Source: an uncultured SAR86 cluster bacterium
GTDB lineage: Bacteria; Pseudomonadota; Gammaproteobacteria; Magnimaribacterales; D2472
Length of the DNA: 64,000 bases
Assembly (NCBI GenBank): GCA_902563835.1
Contig: CACEZB010000004.1
Span: forward strand, 342 to 64,341
Direction: 5' to 3'
Part shown: in pieces, positions 39,837 through 49,460 of the stretch
Position numbering within the stretch: the stretch's first letter is position 1
How the letters are laid out: each line of letters starts with the position of its first letter
Position numbers and translations under genes: made by a program
Notes under the pieces: generated by a model
The model's database searches: none
Seen by the model: only the letters and a program-made list of their open reading frames with translations
What the model was told of the DNA's origin: nothing

Positions 39837-40334
39837 ATGGAACCAGATTTTAGAGCATTACAAGTTTTGGCTGAAGTATCGCTTGGTATTGTTGGGTTTT
39901 CTGCAATACTCATAGGACTCAGTAGATCAAAGAAAGGATTTAGCAAACCAGATAATTTTAGAATACAACTATTAACCTTTTCTGCATTTGGGGCAATGTT
40001 TTGTGCTCTTTTGCCATTTGCAATTTTTAACCAAAATAATATAGATTTAAGCTGGGCAATTGTAAATTGGACATTATGTTTATACTCAACAATAGGGCTT
40101 TTAATTTTTCCAAGACGAGTTTTTGATTTAAGAAGAGAGGGATATAAGGACTTGTTTCCATTCAAGATTATCGCCTTACAAGTTGGAATATTAATAACTA
40201 TATTCATTTTGTCAGGATCTATGATCTTGGGTTTGATTGATCAGAAAAATAATTTTTATATATTCTGCTTAATGTTATTTATTGTTCAAAGCACTGTTGC
40301 ATTTATTAGAACGATGTTTGTGAGAGTTGAATAA
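39837..40334 (+). CDS. Hypothetical multipass membrane protein
   Basis: AAGGAA RBS, about five TMs, LAEVSLGIVGFSAI N-terminus. Confidence 0.72.
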   Translation: MEPDFRALQVLAEVSLGIVGFSAILIGLSRSKKGFSKPDNFRIQLLTFSAFGAMFCALLPFAIFNQNNIDLSWAIVNWTLCLYSTIGLLIFPRRVFDLRREGYKDLFPFKIIALQVGILITIFILSGSMILGLIDQKNNFYIFCLMLFIVQSTVAFIRTMFVRVE

Positions 40335-40338
40335 TTTG

Positions 40339-40467
40339 TTTACAAAACCTTGATTATCTATATACTCTTAATTGTGAAAAATTTATTGATACATCGAAGC
40401 CGGGGTCAGTCAAGTTAGCTGGTTCTGTTCTTTGTTGAATTTGACCCAGCAGTTGCTGGGTTTTTTT
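40339..40467 (+). promoter_or_regulatory. Putative promoter plus transcription-attenuator leader of the TonB receptor gene
   Basis: TTTACA-N16-TATACT; uORF 40374-40418; terminator CCCAGC-AGTT-GCTGGG-T7 overlapping the alternative helix GGGTCAG/TTGACCC. Confidence 0.6.
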
Positions 40468-40485
40468 GTTTTGGAGGATTAAATT

Positions 40486-42867
40486 ATGAACAAAATAAAT
40501 TTATTTAAATGCTTCTTTCTTTTGATACCAATTTTGCTGGTTGCTCAAGAGCAGGAAGTTGAAGAGGTTATTGTTACTGCTAATAAAAAAGCTGAAACTG
40601 TTCAAGAAATACCAATGAATATTTCTGTGATTACCGAATCAGCATTAGAAGAAAGAGGAATAATGAACCCTGAAGATTATTTAAGATCTATCGCAGGTGT
40701 ATCTACACCAGGTGGCTCTAATTATTATACCTTTAGAGGATTAAATACTTCGACTTCACAGCGTTCCTCAGGAACCACTTCAACTTATATAGATGAAGTA
40801 AGTGGTTCATTAATGGGATTATTTGATGTTGAAAGAATAGAGGTTCTAAGAGGACCTCAAGGAACGTTATATGGTTCAAATGCTATTGGTGGAACTATTA
40901 GATATATTACAAATAAACCAGATTCAAGTGCATCTTATGGAAAGATAAGAGTTGGATATGGTAACAAAGTAAAAGCTGATGACCCTGAAACAAGTATTGA
41001 AATGATGTATAACCTTCCTCTTTCTGATAGTTTAGCTGTTAGAGCTGTATATTCTCAGTTAGTTTCACCTGGAATATATAAAAATATTCAAACTGGTAAT
41101 ACAGTAGGTGAAGAGGATGACTCACAGCTTATGGTGACATTAGCTTTTGATGATGGTGGTAAGCTTACTGGAAGTTTAAGATATATGAATGTTAATAATA
41201 AAGCATACGGTATATTAGAACCTGGTCAGAGCAAGCCTGGAAGTGCTGATGTTTATGTTTCAGACTGTCCGCAGGCTTCAAGTTGGTGGTATAACTGGGA
41301 TGGAGATCCTACTTGCGCACGTTTAAGTGCTATTTCTAATTTTGCAGCCACAGAGGCTGATTATCCTAATGGCAGCTCTGTTCTTACTAATTATGATCCA
41401 AGATTTGCACATGCATTGGCTGTGGATGAGAATGAGGATATTACTAAAGAAGTATTTATTGCAAATATTAAATATGATTTTGGTGTTTTTGATGCAAATT
41501 TGATTATTTCTGATAAGACAACTAGTGAAGACGCTGTGACAGATTGGGCTAGAATTGATATGGATGATTATGTTCCGGCACCACTGATTGTAGATGGTGA
41601 TGAATATTACCAAGAAACAACAGAGCTAAGATTAGTATCTAAGCCTGGAAAGTTTGAGTGGACGGTTGGATATTATAATTACAAGTTTAATGAAGAGCCA
41701 AACTCAATCTCACAAACTCAATATGCAATTGATGAGTATTGGTTAGATTATGTTACTTCAATAGCTGCAGGTGTTGATCCAGCTGTATATGATGCTACTG
41801 CTTATTGTCCTCCATTTTGTGAGGGGCATTTAGGTTACCCGTATCTATATTATGCTTCATATACAGAATATAACGAGCAAGAAGAAACATCTTTATATGG
41901 GCAGTTTGACTATAACGTAAATGAAAAATTAACTCTTACATTTGGTATAAGAGATTATGAAATTAAAGATAAATCTAAATCATATCAATATGGTATTTTC
42001 TATATGGATAGTAATGGATGCGATGGAAATGATCCTGCAGGAACAGATTGTTCAGAGTTATCTGGAAAAGAAGCAGATACAAGAATGAAATATGCAGCTA
42101 GCTATAAAATTAATGATGATTTAACTTTATATGCTACAAAAGCGGCAGGGTACAGGCCTGGAGGCAACCAATCTCCTCTTCCTCCTTTTTGTAGTAGTGA
42201 TGAAACTGCACAGGAAACATGGGGGCCAAGATTTAATTCAGATGAAGCTGAGACAACAGAATTTGGTGTTAAATCGAGAGGTCAAAATTATACAGCGAAT
42301 GTAACATATTTCGATGTAGCTTGGGATGGCATTATTATTTCTGTAACCCCTGGTTGCGGTTGGTCATATAACTTTAATGGCGGTAAAGCTGAAACTTCTG
42401 GTTGGGAAGTTGATTTTACTTATGCATTAAATGATGAAATTTCTCTTGATTTTGCTGGAAGCTCTATGACAGCAGAAACATCAATAGACATAGCTTCTTT
42501 GGGTGCTGCAGCTGGCGATAGATTGCCAAATACTGTTGAAACTCAATGGAATTTAGGACTTGTTTATGACACTACAATTATGTCATATCCATCATATGCG
42601 AGACTTGATATGAATTATTATGGCGATAGTTTTAATACTTTTGCAGAAAATCCAAATACAAGCTCTCCTGACTATACTAAGATTAATTTTAATTTAGGGT
42701 TAGATATAAACGAAAATTCAAAATTACAATTATCAATAGATAATTTAACCGATAAAAGAACTGAAGCATATATTTATGCTGTAGATGACACATCTTGGAG
42801 ACCAAGAAACTGGATGCAGTGGATTCCTCCAAGAACTGTATCAGTAAAGTATAGCTATAGCTTTTAA
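40486..42867 (+). CDS. TonB-dependent receptor
   Basis: EEVIVTA TonB box, RIEVLRGPQGTLYGSNA, C-terminal PRTVSVKYSYSF; GGAGG RBS. Confidence 0.96.
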   Translation: MNKINLFKCFFLLIPILLVAQEQEVEEVIVTANKKAETVQEIPMNISVITESALEERGIMNPEDYLRSIAGVSTPGGSNYYTFRGLNTSTSQRSSGTTSTYIDEVSGSLMGLFDVERIEVLRGPQGTLYGSNAIGGTIRYITNKPDSSASYGKIRVGYGNKVKADDPETSIEMMYNLPLSDSLAVRAVYSQLVSPGIYKNIQTGNTVGEEDDSQLMVTLAFDDGGKLTGSLRYMNVNNKAYGILEPGQSKPGSADVYVSDCPQASSWWYNWDGDPTCARLSAISNFAATEADYPNGSSVLTNYDPRFAHALAVDENEDITKEVFIANIKYDFGVFDANLIISDKTTSEDAVTDWARIDMDDYVPAPLIVDGDEYYQETTELRLVSKPGKFEWTVGYYNYKFNEEPNSISQTQYAIDEYWLDYVTSIAAGVDPAVYDATAYCPPFCEGHLGYPYLYYASYTEYNEQEETSLYGQFDYNVNEKLTLTFGIRDYEIKDKSKSYQYGIFYMDSNGCDGNDPAGTDCSELSGKEADTRMKYAASYKINDDLTLYATKAAGYRPGGNQSPLPPFCSSDETAQETWGPRFNSDEAETTEFGVKSRGQNYTANVTYFDVAWDGIIISVTPGCGWSYNFNGGKAETSGWEVDFTYALNDEISLDFAGSSMTAETSIDIASLGAAAGDRLPNTVETQWNLGLVYDTTIMSYPSYARLDMNYYGDSFNTFAENPNTSSPDYTKINFNLGLDINENSKLQLSIDNLTDKRTEAYIYAVDDTSWRPRNWMQWIPPRTVSVKYSYSF

Positions 42868-42872
42868 CCGAT

Positions 42873-42908
42873 AAACCCCTTACAACAACTATGTTGCTAA
42901 GGGGTTTT
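42873..42908 (+). terminator. Stem-loop/intrinsic terminator after the TonB receptor
   Basis: AAACCCCTTA-CAACA...TGTTG-C-TAAGGGGTTTT. Confidence 0.75.
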
Positions 42909-42956
42909 AGTTTAAGATATATATTGCAAAAATAAACATAATTTTCCAACACATAT

Positions 42957-44315
42957 ATGTCAAAAGGATTTATCTTATCTGATGAAGTTCTCAATCATGA
43001 GATCAACAATCCTGCGTATAAAGAAAAATATAACTTTAATCCTAATGATCAATTAAACGATTTAGATTTATTTACAAAAGGTCAGCCCTTTAGTCTTTAT
43101 AAAGATCTTAGAGAAAACGCTCCTGTTTTTTATCATGAACCTATGCCCACAGACCCAGAACCAGGGTACTGGGTTTTAACAAGATATGAAGATATAAAAT
43201 ATGTTTCAATGAATCCAAAAATATTTTCATCTCAATATGCAACTGGAAATTTATTAACGCTCGGAAGAGAAGATAATAGACACCCTAAATTATTTAAATC
43301 AACTATAGATCATATGCTTAATCTCGATGGTGAAATGCATCTTGGCTTAAGAAAAGAACATATGCCTTTTTTTAAACCTGATTATATTAATGACCTGCGA
43401 AAAAAAGTATCATCAAAAGTTAGCTTATTATTAGATAATATTGCGCCTTTAGGAGAATGTAACTTAGTAAGTGAAGTCTCCCAACAATTGCCGATATTTA
43501 CACTTTCAGAAATTTTAGGAATACCTGAAGAAGATAGACAAAAATTAGTATCTTGGATGGAGTTTTTAGAATTAGCTCAGTATTTCACTTATGAAATGAT
43601 AAAAGAACAAAATGAAGGTAAAACAGACTCAACCCCTGATCCAGCAATGATAGATATGTTTAATGCAATGGTTGATGAGATGTTTGATTATGGAAGATTT
43701 ATTTTAAATAGCAAAAGAGAAGATCCATCGGAAGACTTATTAAGTGCAATAGCAAATGCTGAAATAGAAGGTGAGAAGTTATCACAAGAATTTTTAGATG
43801 GATCTTGGTTGCTAATTATTTTTGCAGGAAATGATACGACAAGGAATACTTTGAGCGGAGGCATTAAACTTTTATATGACAATCAAACACAAAAAGAACT
43901 ATTAATAGATGATTTGGAACTTCTTCCTAATTTTGTAAATGAAACAGTTAGATGTGTTTCACCAGTAATTCATATGAGAAGAACAACTCTTGAAGAAACA
44001 GAAATAAATGGACAAAAAATTGGACCTCATGAAAAAATAGCACTTTGGTATGGTGCAGCAAATAGAGATCCAGAAATTTTTGAAAATCCAGATGATTTTA
44101 ATATTTTAAGAGAGAATGCAGATAAACATCTTGCATTTGGCTTTGGAAGGCATTCATGTATAGGTAAGCCAGTTGCATTAATGCAATTACAAGAATTTTA
44201 TTCACAATTTTTAACCAGATTCCCTGATTTTGAGATGAATGGTAAATGGAAAGTTGCTCCAAACAACTTTGTTCATGCTATACAAGAGATGCCAATTAAA
44301 TTTTCTCCAAAATGA
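42957..44315 (+). CDS. Cytochrome P450
   Basis: I-helix AGNDTT, ExxR (ETVR), AANRDP, heme motif FGFGRHSCIG. Confidence 0.97.
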   Translation: MSKGFILSDEVLNHEINNPAYKEKYNFNPNDQLNDLDLFTKGQPFSLYKDLRENAPVFYHEPMPTDPEPGYWVLTRYEDIKYVSMNPKIFSSQYATGNLLTLGREDNRHPKLFKSTIDHMLNLDGEMHLGLRKEHMPFFKPDYINDLRKKVSSKVSLLLDNIAPLGECNLVSEVSQQLPIFTLSEILGIPEEDRQKLVSWMEFLELAQYFTYEMIKEQNEGKTDSTPDPAMIDMFNAMVDEMFDYGRFILNSKREDPSEDLLSAIANAEIEGEKLSQEFLDGSWLLIIFAGNDTTRNTLSGGIKLLYDNQTQKELLIDDLELLPNFVNETVRCVSPVIHMRRTTLEETEINGQKIGPHEKIALWYGAANRDPEIFENPDDFNILRENADKHLAFGFGRHSCIGKPVALMQLQEFYSQFLTRFPDFEMNGKWKVAPNNFVHAIQEMPIKFSPK

Positions 44316-45586
44316 GAATCCCATATAGATTCAAAGTTATTTTTTTATCATTCATTGCTGTATTTATTTGCTATATAGATAGAGTAAATATTTCTGTAGC
44401 AATCATACCCATGCAAGAACAATTTGGGTGGTCTGAATTACAAGTAGGAATAGTTTTAGGAACTTTCTATGTTGGATATATGATTAGCATGACTTTAGGT
44501 GGTTATCTAGCAGATAAATATGGAGGCAAGAAAGTTCTTGGCTATGCATTAATAATTTGGTCATTATTTACAATTATCACTCCATTTTTTGCATACAGTG
44601 GATTATGGTGGCTTATTTTTATAAGAATCTTATTAGGTTTAGGAGAAGGGGTAACCTTTCCGGCTTGGCATTCTATTTATGCCAGATGGATTCCATTTAA
44701 TGAAAGAACAAGGGCAGTAGGTTTTACCAATAGCGGAATAGCAGCAGGTACAGTATTTGGATATGTTGTAGCAGCTATCATAATAGCGAATTATTCTTGG
44801 GAGTGGGTTTTTTATTCTTTTGGGCTAATGGGTATATTTTGGTACTTATTTTGGCAGAGAATTGTTACATCTTATCCAGAGGATAATAAAAATCTATCAA
44901 ATAATGAATTGCAATTAATAAAAGCTGAAGCACCCTCAAATTCAACACCTCCGTCAATACCATTTCTAAAATTAATTAAAAATTGGCCTTTCTTAGCAAT
45001 AGCAGTTGCAACTTTTTGTAATAATTGGGCTTTATTCACATTTATTTCTTATTTGCCAAAATTTATCAATGCTCCAATTGCTGATGGTGGAATGGGTATT
45101 GATTTAGGATCTAGTGCATTTATTTATTCATTATTAATGCCAAGTCTTGTTGCGATGTTTTCACTTATTTTAGGTGGTTATATATCAGATAGTTTTATAA
45201 AAAAAGGATATAAGGTAATTAATGTTAGAAAAACTGTTAATTCAATTGGATTTTTTGGATCAGCTATTTTCTTATATTTAATTTCTCTGCAAGATACTTT
45301 ATTCAATGCAATTTTTTTATTATGCCTAATTCAACTCTGTACAGGTATTTGCGCAGGAGGATTTGGAGTAAATCATGCTGATTTAGGTCCAAAATATACA
45401 GGAACTTTAGTTGGTATTTCTGGAAGCATAGGTATGATAGCAGCGATTTTCAGCCCAATGGTTGCAGGCTTGGTTCTCGAAGTTACTAGATCCTGGGATG
45501 TTATATTTTATATTTGTTCTGGTATTTTATTATTTGGCGGCCTTTTTTATCTTAAATTTGGAAGCGCTGACAGACAATTTAGTTAA
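44312..45586 (+). CDS. MFS transporter, anion:cation symporter (ACS) family
   Basis: YIDRVNISVAI, GGYLADKYGGK, GLGEGVTFPA, WIPFNER, VRK, NHADLGP. Confidence 0.9.
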   Translation: MRIPYRFKVIFLSFIAVFICYIDRVNISVAIIPMQEQFGWSELQVGIVLGTFYVGYMISMTLGGYLADKYGGKKVLGYALIIWSLFTIITPFFAYSGLWWLIFIRILLGLGEGVTFPAWHSIYARWIPFNERTRAVGFTNSGIAAGTVFGYVVAAIIIANYSWEWVFYSFGLMGIFWYLFWQRIVTSYPEDNKNLSNNELQLIKAEAPSNSTPPSIPFLKLIKNWPFLAIAVATFCNNWALFTFISYLPKFINAPIADGGMGIDLGSSAFIYSLLMPSLVAMFSLILGGYISDSFIKKGYKVINVRKTVNSIGFFGSAIFLYLISLQDTLFNAIFLLCLIQLCTGICAGGFGVNHADLGPKYTGTLVGISGSIGMIAAIFSPMVAGLVLEVTRSWDVIFYICSGILLFGGLFYLKFGSADRQFS

Positions 45587-46085
45587 TCGATTTCATCTCC
45601 TGAAAGAAGTTAAAAATCTCTTGGCTGGATCTATCTCTTGCCGTTCTCCATTCTGTTGTATTTGAATTATTTAAAAGGTTTTTATTTTTATCAAACACTA
45701 AAACTCTTGGAATTCCCTCGGCTGAAGGTATTCCATATTCTTCCATTAATTCCATATTAATTTCATATCTTTTAACGTCTATATATAAAATTTGAAAGTT
45801 TTTGTCTATGTAAGATTTAATTTTAGGTATATTCATGGTACCTGAAAAAATTCTACAATCTGGACACCAATTAGCCCCAAATATTAATATTGGTTGTTTA
45901 TCAGACTGAATTGTTGTATTTATAAATTTATTTAAATCATTAACAGAATAAACTTTTCCATCATACGGCAAAGGAAGAGGTGTGGTTAATATATCACTAT
46001 CATCAAGCATTATTTCTCCGTTTAATGTTAGACAAAATAAAAAAATGTATGAAATCGTATAATATTTTATTAAACTTTTGTACAT
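45579..46085 (-). CDS. Thioredoxin family protein (exported)
   Basis: FGANWCPDC and GIP cis-Pro loop; N-terminal signal. Confidence 0.88.
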   Translation of the reverse strand: MYKSLIKYYTISYIFLFCLTLNGEIMLDDSDILTTPLPLPYDGKVYSVNDLNKFINTTIQSDKQPILIFGANWCPDCRIFSGTMNIPKIKSYIDKNFQILYIDVKRYEINMELMEEYGIPSAEGIPRVLVFDKNKNLLNNSNTTEWRTARDRSSQEIFNFFQEMKSIN

Positions 46086-46140
46086 ATTAGATAAATAGAT
46101 AATATTACTATATTGTAATAAAAAAATTGGAGTATATAAG

Positions 46141-46554
46141 ATGATTTGGGTAATAAGACTATATTTACTAATAATGGCATTTATATATGCTTTGATTGGA
46201 GTATGGGCATTACTTGACCCATTATTGGGAGCGCTTGATCAAGGTTATCCTTCATTTTTGAATGCAGTTGGTTTATCAATAACATCTCCGTTAGGTTACT
46301 CAGAAATTGCTGGTATATATGGAGGCTTGAATCTATGTATTGGTATTTTATGTTTAATTGGAATCTTTAAAAGAGATTTAGGAATTTTTGCAATTAAATT
46401 TATTACATTTCTAGTTGGCTCTATTGCTCTAGGAAGAATACTCTTTTCTTTTCTTCCAACAACACCTAGTTTCTTTAATTCATATTTTGTCTTTGAGGTT
46501 TCGGCTTTGGTAATAGGTATATTTTTAATATATATGAGCAAGAAATTAGACTAA
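46141..46554 (+). CDS. DUF4345-like membrane protein
   Basis: Four TMs; SEIAGIYGG, ALGR, FE patterns. Confidence 0.68.
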   Translation: MIWVIRLYLLIMAFIYALIGVWALLDPLLGALDQGYPSFLNAVGLSITSPLGYSEIAGIYGGLNLCIGILCLIGIFKRDLGIFAIKFITFLVGSIALGRILFSFLPTTPSFFNSYFVFEVSALVIGIFLIYMSKKLD

Positions 46555-47499
46555 TTTACTTAAACTTAATAAATATCCAAAATAACCACTAACAAGCAAT
46601 AAGCCCATAAAACGAATCATCAAAATATTTATATATTTTGATGAGGATAGGGCAACAAATAGAATAAAAATTATTGTAGCAACTATCATTATTAAATAAT
46701 CACGTTCAAGTAAAAGCGATTCAAGTTGCACCATAGAAAAGAAACCAATAATTGGAACAACTAGTGTGATATTTAAAACATTTGAACCGATTACATTTCC
46801 AACAACCATATCAGTTTTTTTCTTTAGCAAAGCGCTAATTGTTGCAGCCAATTCTGGCAAGCTTGTGCCAATTGCAATTATTGTTAAGCCAATAATTAAT
46901 TCAGAAATATTTAGTAATATTGCAATATTCTCTGCATATATAACTGCGTATCTAGATCCAAAAATAAGTGCTAGTAAACCTGTAATTAAAAAAATACTTA
47001 CAATAAGGTTGCTTTGAGATGATTCATTATCTATGTTGCTAAGGTTATCCAGAGATTTATATTTAAAAATTACATATAAAAAATATAAAAATACAATTAA
47101 TAACAATACACTTTCAATTGGTGATATTTGTAAATCTTGCAAGCAAAGACCAAGTACTAGCGCAGATATTAAAAAGGGTAAAAATTGAGCAAAAGGAGCA
47201 TTCTTTGGCTTAAAAGATATTCCAATACAATAAACTCCAAATATCAAAGCAATATTAGAAATATTTGATCCAACCACAGTGCCCATTGCGATACTTTCAC
47301 TTTGATTTAAAACAGAAGAAATTCCAACAAAAATTTCTGGCGCAGATGTTCCGAGAGCTACAACGGTTAAACCAATGGTTAATTCATTTACTCCAAATTT
47401 TTTTGCTAACACAGAAGAACTGTCTACAAATTTATCAGCACCCCATATTAAGATAGCTAAAGAAAATCCTAAACCTATGAAATTTATAAGAAAATCCAT
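46546..47499 (-). CDS. Calcium/sodium antiporter (YrbG/CaCA family)
   Basis: Two alpha repeats GTSAPE...GSNISN and GTSLPE...GSNVLN. Confidence 0.94.
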   Translation of the reverse strand: MDFLINFIGLGFSLAILIWGADKFVDSSSVLAKKFGVNELTIGLTVVALGTSAPEIFVGISSVLNQSESIAMGTVVGSNISNIALIFGVYCIGISFKPKNAPFAQFLPFLISALVLGLCLQDLQISPIESVLLLIVFLYFLYVIFKYKSLDNLSNIDNESSQSNLIVSIFLITGLLALIFGSRYAVIYAENIAILLNISELIIGLTIIAIGTSLPELAATISALLKKKTDMVVGNVIGSNVLNITLVVPIIGFFSMVQLESLLLERDYLIMIVATIIFILFVALSSSKYINILMIRFMGLLLVSGYFGYLLSLSKLV

Positions 47500-47593
47500 G
47501 AAACAATTTTACCTTAGTTATTTGTTAAATAGATTATGTTTCAACAATTTAAAATAATATAATTGATAATTAATTTTAAAGAAGAGGCAAATA

Positions 47594-48391
47594 ATGAAAA
47601 TAGATAACTTGTTCAATATTCAAGATAAAGTAGCCATTGTTACAGGTGGCTCAAGGGGAATTGGTGAGATGATTGCGGCAGGCTTTTTAGCAAATGGTGC
47701 TAAAGTCTACATTTCTGCAAGAAAAGCACCCGCCTTAGTTGATAAAGCAAAAGAGCTTTCAGATAAATATAATCAAGAATGCATTCCTATATCTTGTGAT
47801 TTAAGTTCTATGAATGGGATAGAAGAATTCACTAATGAAATTCAAAACAAAGAAAAAGGAATAGATTTTTTAATTAATAATGCTGGAGCAGCATGGGGAG
47901 AGCCATTGGAAAGTTTTTCTGAAGGTGGTTGGGATAAAGTAATGGATTTAAATGTTAAATCTTTATTCTTTTTGACTCAAAAATTTAAAAATCTACTTTT
48001 AAATAACGCTTCAGTAGAAGATCCATCAAGAGTTATCAATATTGGCTCAATTGATGGGTTAAATGTCCCGTCTATGGAGACATATTCATATGGTGCATCA
48101 AAAGCAGCAGTTCATCATTTAACTAGAGTGTTAGCAGCAAAATTAGTAAAAGAAAATATTCTGGTCAATGCAATTGCTCCTGGCCCATATCCAAGTGCTA
48201 TGTTAGGTTCAGCTGTAAATCATGACTATTCTGAAATTGCTAAAAGAAACCCGAGGAAAAGGGTAGGCACCCCAGAGGATATGGCAGGATTGGCTATATT
48301 TTTATGTTCTAGGGCTGGAGCCTATACAGTTGGAGAAACCATAACTTCAGACGGAGGTATTGTTAAGACCGCTAGTCATAATTTGAGTTAG
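47594..48391 (+). CDS. SDR family oxidoreductase
   Basis: TGGSRGIG, NNAG, YGASK. Confidence 0.93.
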   Translation: MKIDNLFNIQDKVAIVTGGSRGIGEMIAAGFLANGAKVYISARKAPALVDKAKELSDKYNQECIPISCDLSSMNGIEEFTNEIQNKEKGIDFLINNAGAAWGEPLESFSEGGWDKVMDLNVKSLFFLTQKFKNLLLNNASVEDPSRVINIGSIDGLNVPSMETYSYGASKAAVHHLTRVLAAKLVKENILVNAIAPGPYPSAMLGSAVNHDYSEIAKRNPRKRVGTPEDMAGLAIFLCSRAGAYTVGETITSDGGIVKTASHNLS

Positions 48392-48394
48392 TTA

Positions 48395-49297
48395 TTATTT
48401 TTGAGCTTCTTTGAACGCTTTTGTAATTAAATCTTTCATCCAGATATGACCCCCATCACCTTCATCGCTTTTATGCCATATCAAGAAATATTCCATAGAT
48501 GGTATTTCAATTGGGATTTCAACAAAAGATAAATTATTTCTTTTTGCAAAACTTCTAGTTGCCATTAATATTAAATCCGTTGACTTTATAATTGGAGGTG
48601 CAATTAAAAAATGCTGACATCTCAAAGCAACATTTCTTTTTAAACCAATTTTATCTAGCTCCATATCTATCATATGTTCTCCCATTTTTCTTCGAGAAAC
48701 ATGTAGATGCTTTTCATTGATAATATCTTCAATTGTTATATTTTTGATTTTTGAAATACTATGACCGTCTCTATGAATTGCTACAAAGTCGTCTTCAAAG
48801 ACTTTTGATGAATTTATTTCATTTGAGATAGGTATTACCGGATCTACAACAAAGTCAAGATTGTTTGTTGAAAGAGCATGGACTTGATCAGCTCTTTTAT
48901 AAGCATAACTACCTAGAGAAATATTAGGCGCACTCCCATGGATTTCTTTCATTATAAAAGGTAGGACTCTACTCTCAGATATATCACCCAATGACAATTT
49001 AAAATTTCTTTTTGATGAAGCAGGGTCGAAGGTATCAGGTTCATTTACGCTTTGTTGAATTAAAGTAAGTGCATTTTGAATATCTGAGATTATATTTTCT
49101 GTTTTTTGAGTAGGCACCATGCCGGAACCTGTTCTAACAAATAGATCATCATTAAATTTATCTCTTAATCTTGATAATGCATTACTTACTGCTGGCTGAG
49201 TAATACCAACCACTTCGGCAGCTTTTGTTAGACTTCCTTCTGTATATATTGCATTTAATATTACAAATAGGTTTAGATCAAATGAGCTAATTTTCAT
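48395..49297 (-). CDS. LysR family transcriptional regulator
   Basis: FDLNL...SLTKAA...TQPAVSNALSRLR...LFVR HTH; divergent from the ACAD gene. Confidence 0.95.
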   Translation of the reverse strand: MKISSFDLNLFVILNAIYTEGSLTKAAEVVGITQPAVSNALSRLRDKFNDDLFVRTGSGMVPTQKTENIISDIQNALTLIQQSVNEPDTFDPASSKRNFKLSLGDISESRVLPFIMKEIHGSAPNISLGSYAYKRADQVHALSTNNLDFVVDPVIPISNEINSSKVFEDDFVAIHRDGHSISKIKNITIEDIINEKHLHVSRRKMGEHMIDMELDKIGLKRNVALRCQHFLIAPPIIKSTDLILMATRSFAKRNNLSFVEIPIEIPSMEYFLIWHKSDEGDGGHIWMKDLITKAFKEAQK

Positions 49298-49460
49298 CTT
49301 AGAAATTCCAAATAATCTAAAACAAACATTACCTTAATATGTTTATCTTCATATAGATTTGTATGTGACATACAGCTATTATAGAAATAGAAACCATTAT
49401 TACTATTCATAGTATTTATAATAGTAACAAAATTTTTAATATAACGGGAGACTAAAGCAC

